Of a stretch of 64,000 nt of DNA, positions 9,946-18,819 are shown in pieces. A program made the translations under genes and the position numbers. The stretch's first letter is position 1; every line of letters starts with the position of its first letter. This DNA comes from Desulfurococcales archaeon (lineage in GTDB: Archaea > Thermoproteota > Thermoprotei_A > Sulfolobales > Desulfurococcaceae). The DNA lies in assembly GCA_027022365.1 (NCBI GenBank), contig JALVYU010000031.1, positions 416,001 through 480,000 on the forward strand, written 5' to 3'. The notes beneath the pieces are model-generated. The model was not told the DNA's origin, did no database searches, and saw nothing but the letters and a program-made list of their open reading frames with translations.

Positions 9946-12855
9946 TTGAGTAATTACCTGTATGAATTAATATACAGCGCCCTCCTCCACGATATCGGTA
10001 AGATCAAGAACAGGGTTGAGAAGAGAGGGTTCCACGAAAAGCACAGCGTCGAATTTCTAAGCCTATACGCCGACATGTTCAAAAAGATCGGTACTAGATT
10101 CGATGTTATCGAAAAACTGGTGTTATGTCATCATATCAGCCGCAGAGATCGTAGGGGTAGAGAGGAGCTCCATATATGTAGCAATCTTAGTGATGAGGAG
10201 CAAAGCCTCCTAGGGACGCTTCGCGAGGGGGATCACAAAGCCGCCCCCGACAGGATCACCAGAGAGAATCCTCTCGGCGGTGGAGAAGGCTCGAAGAAGC
10301 TGTTGAAGCTGGTCTCGCCTCTATGGGTTAAAAACTATTACGACCTGACAAAGAACAATGATAAGCCTATAAATATTGAAGACTATGCGGAGAACATTAT
10401 AGCTAATAGCAGGATCTGCTATAATCCTGTACCATTGACTGTTCTTAGCAAGTACGGTTCAGGTGTTTCAACAATCATTAACTCTTACCAGGCCAGTCAA
10501 TGCACTGATGAACAGTATCTTAATGAGTATTATAGGTTGATCCTTAGGGATCTCGAGGACAAGTTCGACAGGCTGAGGGAACTCGTGATCCACGACTACA
10601 TGGATAAAGACACGGTTCTAGCCTCCCTAATCAACTATATAAGGTACTCGCTACTACTCGTACCCGATGACGTCTATAATACATTGTTTCCTGATACAAG
10701 TCTCGCGGTACACTTAATACTGTCTTCGGCCCTCGCTTCTTCATACTATATCGGGGGATCAGATAAGATACGGGTTGCACTCTTAGATCTAAGCGGTATC
10801 CAAAACTATATTGCCTCGTACGCTAAGACCAGCGGCGTGCTGAGACAGATAAGAGGCCGTTCCCTACTCCTACAACTCGTAATGCGTGCATCCGCTGAAT
10901 ACATACTTGATAGACTAGGATTGCCTCCAGTCCATCTCATCCTCCTACGAGGAGATAACGCGTTATTCATTCTGCCCGAGAAGATCAACGACGAGGATAG
11001 CGGCAAACTATTCCTCGACGCCGCAAGAGAGATCGAGGAGAGCATCTATAGGATCTTCCACGGCGACATATATGTTGCAGCAGCAGTATCGGAGCCATTC
11101 ACCCCCCTATATAGCATGCCATGGAAACCCGATTTCGGCGAGAAAGGCTTCTCCAAAGCACTCATCGAACTCGGCGAAAAACTAAGCCTTGACAAGATGA
11201 GGAAGTTCTCACGAATAACCAGCTCGCTAAGCGAACACGTAAGCCTCGATGACAATGATCAAAAAAGTGTAGATGAGTGCGAACTATGTAGAGCAACGCT
11301 ATACAAGGATAAACTCGTCGACATAAGAAAGTATGGTAAAGCCTGTGGACTTGACTACCTAGATGCAGAAAAAGCCTGTCTAGCATGTCTATTCTCCCAT
11401 ATAGCCGGCTACGCTGCCGAGAATCTCAGCTTCATAATAGAGATCCGCGACAAGAAAATAACCGAGAAAATATTCAATGACCTTCTGTCCGGGGAACTAC
11501 CCTCCAAGTTCAGGATCGAGGACTATAAGATAGGTATAATACCATTAGTAGGGCTTGACCGTACATATATACTTATATCATTCCAGGAAAAGAACGCGGA
11601 AAAACATAGTAGTAAAAACGTTGATGAAGAATGGAGGAGACTATATAACTTCCTAATAAACATTGTTATTGATAAAGTCCTCAAAACATACGGATATGAA
11701 ACATATTCTTCAGGAATAAAAACTATCCGTATAACTGTAATGAAGATTAATGACCCGCTCAATTCTATTCCAAAGCAAGAATATTGTGGGGCAAGACTAC
11801 CGACTATGTTAGGTCATGGTATCCGTGTAGTATATAGCTTCACAACATTGTTCACTAACTTTACCACAAAAGGAATGAATGATCTAGGTGAACTCGCGGA
11901 AGTTGATAAAGAAAAAGAGACCTATCTATCATGGATAAAAATCGATATTGACAGGATGGGTGAGAACGGATTATATCTTATTGGAAGTATTAGTCGTTAT
12001 ACTACATTATCGGAGCTCGTCAATTTCTTCACTAACATGCTGGGGTACGAGCTATTAAAGCAGAAATCAAAGCGCTTGGATGGCGGGGAGGAAGGAATAT
12101 GGAGGAAATCTATTGTGGTCTTCAGCGGCGGAGACGATACTCTTATTATATCACGCTTTGTCGAGGGACTCTATTACTTGTACTACTACCATGACTGGTT
12201 CAAGAGGTTCTTCGGCGAAATAAGCGGTAAAGAACCATTGACCGTCTCAGCAGGCATGTTTGTATCGGAGGCAGATTATCCGTCATACCTGGCTTATAAG
12301 GAGGCCTTAAGGCTATTAGAAAAGGCTAAGGACGAGGGAAGAAATAGGATCAGCACGTCTATCCTCGATCTACACGTACCATCAGCAAAGGATACCGTCT
12401 CCTCAAAGCAGCCGAAGAAAACCCTTGAATGGGATAAATTCAAGAATATCATCTCATTATCCACGGATACCACTGTAACAAGTTTCGTCAAAGAACACAA
12501 GGTACTAGCGTTCAAAATAGCGTCTTTAATGGAAAATATCAGCGCCGCATCATACGGCATCCTCAATAGTATAGCGTCCGGATCCCCTATACGGAGGGAA
12601 CAATACAGGGAACTCGCAGAGAAGATCGTTGCATACACTTATGTCTATAAGAAGTTCGAGAAAACAAGTACGGGTGGCTCATCGCTCAAACAAGTACTCG
12701 ACACCATAACGAATAAGCTAGGGGTAGGTGATGCTACGCCGAAAAACCTGATCGATCTAATGGTCAAGGACAAGATAGACGAGATACTGCTTATAACATC
12801 CAGCGTTTACAGGGCATTATCCTTAATCCTACTGAGGATCAAGGAAAACATCTAG
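9946..12855 (+). CDS. cas10: Cas10/Csm1 with HD nuclease and Palm (GGDD) domains
   Basis: ALLHDIGK, DLSGIQNYI, RGRSLLL, CELC...CLAC, KIDIDRMG, FSGGDD. Confidence 0.95.
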   Translation: MSNYLYELIYSALLHDIGKIKNRVEKRGFHEKHSVEFLSLYADMFKKIGTRFDVIEKLVLCHHISRRDRRGREELHICSNLSDEEQSLLGTLREGDHKAAPDRITRENPLGGGEGSKKLLKLVSPLWVKNYYDLTKNNDKPINIEDYAENIIANSRICYNPVPLTVLSKYGSGVSTIINSYQASQCTDEQYLNEYYRLILRDLEDKFDRLRELVIHDYMDKDTVLASLINYIRYSLLLVPDDVYNTLFPDTSLAVHLILSSALASSYYIGGSDKIRVALLDLSGIQNYIASYAKTSGVLRQIRGRSLLLQLVMRASAEYILDRLGLPPVHLILLRGDNALFILPEKINDEDSGKLFLDAAREIEESIYRIFHGDIYVAAAVSEPFTPLYSMPWKPDFGEKGFSKALIELGEKLSLDKMRKFSRITSSLSEHVSLDDNDQKSVDECELCRATLYKDKLVDIRKYGKACGLDYLDAEKACLACLFSHIAGYAAENLSFIIEIRDKKITEKIFNDLLSGELPSKFRIEDYKIGIIPLVGLDRTYILISFQEKNAEKHSSKNVDEEWRRLYNFLINIVIDKVLKTYGYETYSSGIKTIRITVMKINDPLNSIPKQEYCGARLPTMLGHGIRVVYSFTTLFTNFTTKGMNDLGELAEVDKEKETYLSWIKIDIDRMGENGLYLIGSISRYTTLSELVNFFTNMLGYELLKQKSKRLDGGEEGIWRKSIVVFSGGDDTLIISRFVEGLYYLYYYHDWFKRFFGEISGKEPLTVSAGMFVSEADYPSYLAYKEALRLLEKAKDEGRNRISTSILDLHVPSAKDTVSSKQPKKTLEWDKFKNIISLSTDTTVTSFVKEHKVLAFKIASLMENISAASYGILNSIASGSPIRREQYRELAEKIVAYTYVYKKFEKTSTGGSSLKQVLDTITNKLGVGDATPKNLIDLMVKDKIDEILLITSSVYRALSLILLRIKENI

Positions 12856-13390
12856 CGAAACAAAACCCATAAAGCAATGTATCAAATTACCATCACTACT
12901 TTTTATACCCAACAGTAATGCCTACTTTCTAGCACCACGCTCAGCCCCACTAATTATTTCCTTCACCTTATGGGAGAACTTCTTTATCATCGAATACTAG
13001 AATCTTTTTCAAATGGTATCTTTAACTTATCCTTTATGTATCCATTTATTATTAGTAGGCGGTATCTATTTGAATTAAAATAAGCTATTAGATTGACCAG
13101 AATATTCTATCATAAAATCCGTATTTTTACTCGTCCCAGGTTTTCTTAAGATATTCTCTGCCTAGCCCGTGGCATTTAAAATACTCTATAGTATCCTCGC
13201 TGTGAAGTAGCCATTTTATTTAGAAGACCTTAAGAGCACCTAATTAGAGCATGTATGGGTATTGTTCTCCTAGGGATAAATTGTTTATATTGTTTTTGTA
13301 ATTGAGGCTAACAAGTTGTTTGTGGAAAGGACTAAAAATTCTAAAAACCATATATATGTTTAGATCTTCTACTCTGCTGGTGTAGCATTA

Positions 13391-14890
13391 ATGTCAGGTC
13401 TGAAGATACTACTTATTGCCCCTTGGGGATACCCCCCTCTATGGAGGACTAGTAATTATCAATTGAATAATGTGTGGATTGCCGGAAGAACATTTAGTGG
13501 TCGTTGTACGGGTTGTAGTAGTTCTCTCTGCCTCTACTTCACATTAAAGTCGAGTAGCAAGATTGCTGACACATGGCTACTTGTCATAGGATCTGACTCA
13601 GTTATAAGTCCTGAAAAACGTTGGCCTATAAGAGAAAATGTAGAAAAATGGTTTAATGATATAAAGAAACAATTATTCGATACAACCAAGTGTGAGGAAA
13701 TTAGTAAAAAGAGTGAATGGCTTGAAGACATATATGTAGAAGTCGTACCCAGTATAGGCCAGTATTATGGATATTACTTCAAGGGAGACATTATTGAAGT
13801 ATTCGTCGAAGCATACCGTGCTATAACCAACTATATGGAAAAACTGAAACCAAGTATCATAGTACTAGATACCACGCACGGCCTAAACATATTAACAATA
13901 GCTACGCTTTACGCTACAATAGCAGCTTCAATAATATATAATAAGAAAGTCTATATTTTCAACTCAGAGCCCTATCCACCAGGCACAAGAACTAAGGCTT
14001 GCGTCAAAGGAGAGAAACCTGTTCCTATTGATAATACACCCGAGTTAAACATACATGACATATCGACTCTGCAATGGATTATAGATTATTTAAGGGCACT
14101 AAACTTTCTAAGGTATCTTAATGAAAAGCCTTTAGCAAAAATGATCAGAGTCATTGAAGGCATAGAAAATCCGCTCATAAATAAGCTTGTCACAAATATG
14201 ATCTGCATGATTGAGGCATTAAGGACTGGATTACTTGGACTAATATATAATAACAGTAAGTTTTCCAACGGAGAAAACATATCATTCACAATAAGAAGTA
14301 TTGTTGAAAAACTAAAAGAACTACCCAAAATACAGAGGGATAAACCATGGACAAAGCCCATAGTCAGAGACAAGAACGTCGAATACGAACTAAGCATTAA
14401 GGATATCCCGATAAGATATATACCAATACTCGATGCTCTAAGAAAGATCATTGGGGAATTAGAAGGGCTCGCAGAGATTGAATCGTTAAAAGAGTTTACG
14501 AAGCAAATTGCTATACTGCTTGACAGTAAAGGATACTGGGAGAAGAAGCAGATCATTGTACATGAGGCATTCGATCTATTAGATATTGTTGAGGAAATAT
14601 ATGAGAATGAAAAGACAACCGAGATCGATAGAGAATTACTCAGAAAGTACTGGAAGAAAAGGAAAGGTATAAAGGACGATAGGGAAGGAGCGTCGGCGGA
14701 GTCAAGTCACGAGCTCGTTTCGCCCAGAAATTTCGCCGCTCATGCTGCTTTAAACCATAATGTGCTTGAGAAGATCAAGACGAGTGATGATGGAAAAGAT
14801 ATTGTTGAAATAGTTTACAACTACACTGATCTCAAGAAAACAATCAAGCAAATCGGCGATAAAACTAGTCTGATGAAATGTATATCTTGA
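13391..14890 (+). CDS. csx1: CARF-HEPN ribonuclease Csx1
   Basis: APWGYPPLW, LDTTHGLN, NSEPY; C-terminal RNFAAH HEPN motif. Confidence 0.88.
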   Translation: MSGLKILLIAPWGYPPLWRTSNYQLNNVWIAGRTFSGRCTGCSSSLCLYFTLKSSSKIADTWLLVIGSDSVISPEKRWPIRENVEKWFNDIKKQLFDTTKCEEISKKSEWLEDIYVEVVPSIGQYYGYYFKGDIIEVFVEAYRAITNYMEKLKPSIIVLDTTHGLNILTIATLYATIAASIIYNKKVYIFNSEPYPPGTRTKACVKGEKPVPIDNTPELNIHDISTLQWIIDYLRALNFLRYLNEKPLAKMIRVIEGIENPLINKLVTNMICMIEALRTGLLGLIYNNSKFSNGENISFTIRSIVEKLKELPKIQRDKPWTKPIVRDKNVEYELSIKDIPIRYIPILDALRKIIGELEGLAEIESLKEFTKQIAILLDSKGYWEKKQIIVHEAFDLLDIVEEIYENEKTTEIDRELLRKYWKKRKGIKDDREGASAESSHELVSPRNFAAHAALNHNVLEKIKTSDDGKDIVEIVYNYTDLKKTIKQIGDKTSLMKCIS

Positions 14891-15061
14891 TAATGGGATC
14901 CCTGCTGGAAGGAAATCAGTATACATGTTAGTAGACGATCTAGGGATGGGTGTCTTTATTGGTAAACAGTATCTCTAATACTGTATTTCAATTGGTGCCT
15001 CAGTGAGTTTGAGGAAGCTGTTCAACATCATTGATTGATGCTCTGTAAAAACATGTTTTTC

Positions 15062-15895
15062 TCACTGCTTCTCTATGCTTAGCAATGTTTTTGCGAGCCT
15101 GACGGCTTCTGGTAGTGGTCTGCCGTTTATTGTTAGGCCCAGCCTATCGGTTACGGCCCATATCTCCTGGGGCAGCTTCTTCTCTGTGAGTAGCAGGCTG
15201 AGGATCTTCTTCATGTTGTCTGTTAGCTCCAGCTCTATCACTGGTATTTCGATTATTCTTCTCATGTACTCGTGTATGTAGTACGCTGTATCTATTCCGA
15301 GGATGCTCGAGGCCAGGAGGAGGAACCCTGTCTCTGGCTTGAATCCCGCGGTGAGGTTTACTAGGACTCTGTCGTAGTCTCTGCTCTTGGCCACTCTCCA
15401 GGCGATCTTCTCGATGAGGTTCAGGATCCCTCTCCAGAAATCCCTGCCGAAGCCCTCGACCATGACCGCCTCGACGCCTCCGACCCGGTGGCCCTTCCCA
15501 AGGTACTCGTCCCCGAGGCCATGCCTCCCCAGGTACTCCATGATTATCCTCGACGCAAACATGCTCGTACCCGTATCGGTCGGGTACAGGACGATATCGT
15601 GGATCACGCCGCTGTAACCCCTGCTTATCAGCAGGTCTACGTATCCCATGAAGGAGTTCAGCTCGGCGGAGGCCCGACGGGGATCAGACTGCACATACGC
15701 CAGGACATCCCTGAAAACACTGGACGATACACGGGCGTGCTCGCCCGCGTCCTTGTCCCAGAACGAGTCGGGCGCCGCGCGGGACCACTCCCTGAGCCTC
15801 TCCGCGTGCTTCCCGAGTATATCGTATTCAACAGCGTCTCGAGCCGCATTCCTAATAATACTGGTCCCAACCGTTGTCAAGTGGAGAAACCTCAA
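15062..15895 (-). CDS. CARF protein of APE2256/Crn1-like family (candidate cOA ring nuclease)
   Basis: TTVGTSII, SAELNS, YPTDT, VNLTAGFKPE, YYIHE; TTG at 15895 with upstream GGTGGTGA RBS. Confidence 0.8.
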   Translation of the reverse strand: MRFLHLTTVGTSIIRNAARDAVEYDILGKHAERLREWSRAAPDSFWDKDAGEHARVSSSVFRDVLAYVQSDPRRASAELNSFMGYVDLLISRGYSGVIHDIVLYPTDTGTSMFASRIIMEYLGRHGLGDEYLGKGHRVGGVEAVMVEGFGRDFWRGILNLIEKIAWRVAKSRDYDRVLVNLTAGFKPETGFLLLASSILGIDTAYYIHEYMRRIIEIPVIELELTDNMKKILSLLLTEKKLPQEIWAVTDRLGLTINGRPLPEAVRLAKTLLSIEKQ

Positions 15896-16646
15896 GAGAT
15901 CACCACCAACCAGTAGTATTGTTCTAGTAGGAATAAAACATTGTCCGTCTCCCACAGGCCCACCCAGCCCCATATACCCTCTACGTGGACGCTGATCCCC
16001 AGGGCGTCTCCAGGGATCTTGATCTTTTTCAATTATTGGATCTCTGGCGGATGTAAACCGGGGAGTTACCAGGCACCATAGCCCCCAAACACACAACCAG
16101 AACAAAAAAGACGAAATACAAATCATAAAATCACAGCTGAGCCCTCAAACCCTTCCAGAGAGAATATCTCCCATGATCGCGCCACAGCCACATACACTCG
16201 TCAGGAACACCTATTCAGCAAAAACGAACACCAAGCCACAGATAAACACCAACATGAACGACAACAACGTTCCACAGCCTCCCCATAAAAACCCAAGAGA
16301 AAAACTGGTTACCCCTCCCCATCGTTCACAAAACGTTCGTTTCCCCAGTTCATTTTAACTGTTCATTTACGCCGGGAGAACATTGAGGAAAAATAATGCT
16401 GGATACAGCTGAGCTGTATAAACAACCGGACACGAAACAATTCTTCACCCACACCCCGAGCCGTTCAAATACTCGTCCACAGCCCGAGAAACAACTATTA
16501 TAGGGGGCGTTCACGAACAACAGTTCACAAACAATAAATTCGCCCACGTTCACATTTTTACGAACACCTCATCTGTTTCCTCTAATCAAATTTACAGAAG
16601 AATATACTGGAGAAAAATTGAAAGAGAGCCCTGAAAGACCATATTA

Positions 16647-17000
16647 CCTCCAGTTTATTCTTGTTTGTCTCTCGGATAAACACCACCACGTACCCCTTGA
16701 TCAATAATCCGGTGCTCAACCTCTTTCAGTTCTATTTGTTTGTTTCATACCCATGACTTTCAGTTTTCTTTGTTTGTATCGATCACGCTTTGAATACCTT
16801 TCTTACGGGCGTATTCCCAGAACTCATAGCTTTCAGTTATTTGTATTTGTTTCCCTTCAAATCCCGACTACTGGGCGAATAATCCCGAATACGAAGAGAT
16901 AATCTTTCAGTTTTTTGTGTTTGTTTCTGGATGGTTCTCAATTAGCTTCTGGAACGAATACAAGTATATCATCATCCTTTCAGTTCTTTTTGTTTGTTTC
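16647..17000 (-). CRISPR. Mini CRISPR array 1: 6 mutually different ~24-nt repeats (consensus GAAACAAACAAANAAACTGAAAG-like), 5 spacers of 51, 10, 49, 50, 49 nt
   Basis: Repeats at 16647, 16723, 16757, 16830, 16904, 16977 (CTTTCAGTT...TTTGTTTC on +); leader on the right. Confidence 0.88.
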
Positions 17001-17163
17001 TGTTCTTGTTTGTTTATTTGGTTGTTTTAATATTTTATGTTTTGCTCTGGTGTTTTCCCCAACGATCCATTGGCCCGGTGAGAGCCACCATAAACCGGTT
17101 GGTATAGATCAGCGATAAAGTGTTAAGCATAGGCTAACACAGAATATGGTGGGGGTTGTCTTG
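17001..17163. repeat. Leader/bidirectional promoter, left copy of ~164-bp inverted repeat
   Basis: Reverse complement aligns to 20655-20818 with ~19 differences by manual count. Confidence 0.9.
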
Positions 17164-18057
17164 GTTTTGTTTGGGGACTTGTTTGGTGGTAGGTGGTTGT
17201 TTGAGTCGGGTGTTTCCGGGTATTTTTTGCTGCGTGTTGTTGTTAGGGTTGTTTGTGATGGTGGCTGGGTGGTTCTGCCTCCTTTTACGGGGAAGGTTGT
17301 GAAGTCATTACTTATCCGTGGTTTTGGTGGGCTGGATAGTGTTTTTGGCGGTGTGTTTAACCCTAAGCCGATCCATGTCTCGCCCCTGCTTGTTGGTGGT
17401 AGGTGGTTGTGGAAGCGGGGCGGTGAGAGGGGGGTTCTCCGTGTCCGGTGCGGGTCTGAGGCGGTCTTCTATGTTGGGTGTACTGAAGATGTTGCGGGGA
17501 TGGTTTTTAGTGGTGTTGAGGGGCTGAGTGGTGCTGAGCTATTTAATGCCCGCTGGGAGCTCGTCTCCCTGGATATTGAGAGGTATGATCTCCCCTCGGA
17601 GGACCTGGGCATCGGGATCGATGGGCATGACAGGGTTGTCGTGGAGTTTAAGAGCCCCGCCATACTCGTCGATCCCTATAAGGCCTCGCCCAGCAACCCG
17701 AGGTTCCTGCCGCTTGCAGGGGTCTTGTTCTCGTACAATATAGGTGATCTGCTCCGTATGAGGAGGCGGGAGCATAGATGGGAGTCGAGGTTCTGGGCCG
17801 CTGTCGATATTGTCAATGCTGTCCTGCACGAGCATAGACGTATACTGGACAACATATATACCGTCACGTATAACTATGATGGCAGGATAGGCTACGGGGT
17901 CGGCGGCAGGGCGGTCTACTATATCGTTAAGAGGATTATAAGGGAGAAGCCCTGGGTCAAGGCGTTCCTGGAAAACATAATCGTGCATGCAAGGATCATG
18001 GGCGTAGGCTCGAGCAGGGCGAACGGATTCGGCCACGTATCTATAAGGCTAGAGTGA
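17146..18057 (+). CDS. cas6: Cas6 endoribonuclease
   Basis: PPFTGKVVKSLL, PIHVSPL, VEFKSP, C-terminal GVGSSRANGFGHV G-rich loop. Confidence 0.9.
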   Translation: MVGVVLVLFGDLFGGRWLFESGVSGYFLLRVVVRVVCDGGWVVLPPFTGKVVKSLLIRGFGGLDSVFGGVFNPKPIHVSPLLVGGRWLWKRGGERGVLRVRCGSEAVFYVGCTEDVAGMVFSGVEGLSGAELFNARWELVSLDIERYDLPSEDLGIGIDGHDRVVVEFKSPAILVDPYKASPSNPRFLPLAGVLFSYNIGDLLRMRRREHRWESRFWAAVDIVNAVLHEHRRILDNIYTVTYNYDGRIGYGVGGRAVYYIVKRIIREKPWVKAFLENIIVHARIMGVGSSRANGFGHVSIRLE

Positions 18058-18075
18058 CAACCGCCTCATCACCGC

Positions 18076-18816
18076 CTACCCGGCCACGAGGCCCCTGGGT
18101 AATGGCACGTACTCGGCCCTGATCCTCCCCCTATAGCTGTACGTTATCTTGTACATGGGTGCTGCGCGGACGTAGCCTATGATGCTTTTCTCGCCTATGA
18201 AGGGATTGTTTCTCGTGACTAGGACGGCGCTGTAGTCTCTCACGTCTACCCCCATCTCCTTCATGTCGCCTATGTTTACCGGTATGGTTGAGTGGCCCTT
18301 ATACAGTGGGCCCGCCTCTACGATCTTGTCTGGACGGATAATCCTTGCCCTGATTATCCCCCACCGCTTCTTACCGATCCTAATGTATCTCGGCAGGGGC
18401 TTTTGGGGGTCGTGTATGATTATGGTCTTGTACAGGGAGCCGGGCCCCACCGCGTAGTAGTGTACCTGCAGGGGGTGTACCAGCTTCGGCTTAGCCTTCT
18501 CTGGGATCGCCAGTGTCTCCGGCGTCGGCGACAGGAATATCCTTGTATAGGACACGTGGATCGGCTCCGCCGGGTAAACGTAGAAGCCTTCCCTGATGGC
18601 CTCTGAAACCACCCTGTAGCTCGGGGGAATGGTTCTCCCCATGATGGTCTCCGAGCTGTAGCCTAGGAACCCGTAGATCAGCGGGTAGTTGTGTATGAAG
18701 GGGTGCGTACGGATCATGGGGCCCGGGGACAGTGTTGATTCCTTTATGCTCTCCTGCATCTTGGAAAACACTAGTAGTCCGTGGACTTCGAGGTAGGCTA
18801 TGCTTACCGTGCGCAT
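18076..18816 (-). CDS. csc1: Type I-D Cas5 (Csc1)
   Basis: THPFIHNYPLIYGF, YVYPA, LPRYIRIGKKRWG. Confidence 0.85.
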   Translation of the reverse strand: MRTVSIAYLEVHGLLVFSKMQESIKESTLSPGPMIRTHPFIHNYPLIYGFLGYSSETIMGRTIPPSYRVVSEAIREGFYVYPAEPIHVSYTRIFLSPTPETLAIPEKAKPKLVHPLQVHYYAVGPGSLYKTIIIHDPQKPLPRYIRIGKKRWGIIRARIIRPDKIVEAGPLYKGHSTIPVNIGDMKEMGVDVRDYSAVLVTRNNPFIGEKSIIGYVRAAPMYKITYSYRGRIRAEYVPLPRGLVAG

Positions 18817-18819
18817 CTC

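Noticed and set aside
15896-16126. N-terminal extension of the CARF ORF
   Set aside because: Low-complexity skewed DNA; family motif and RBS point to 15895
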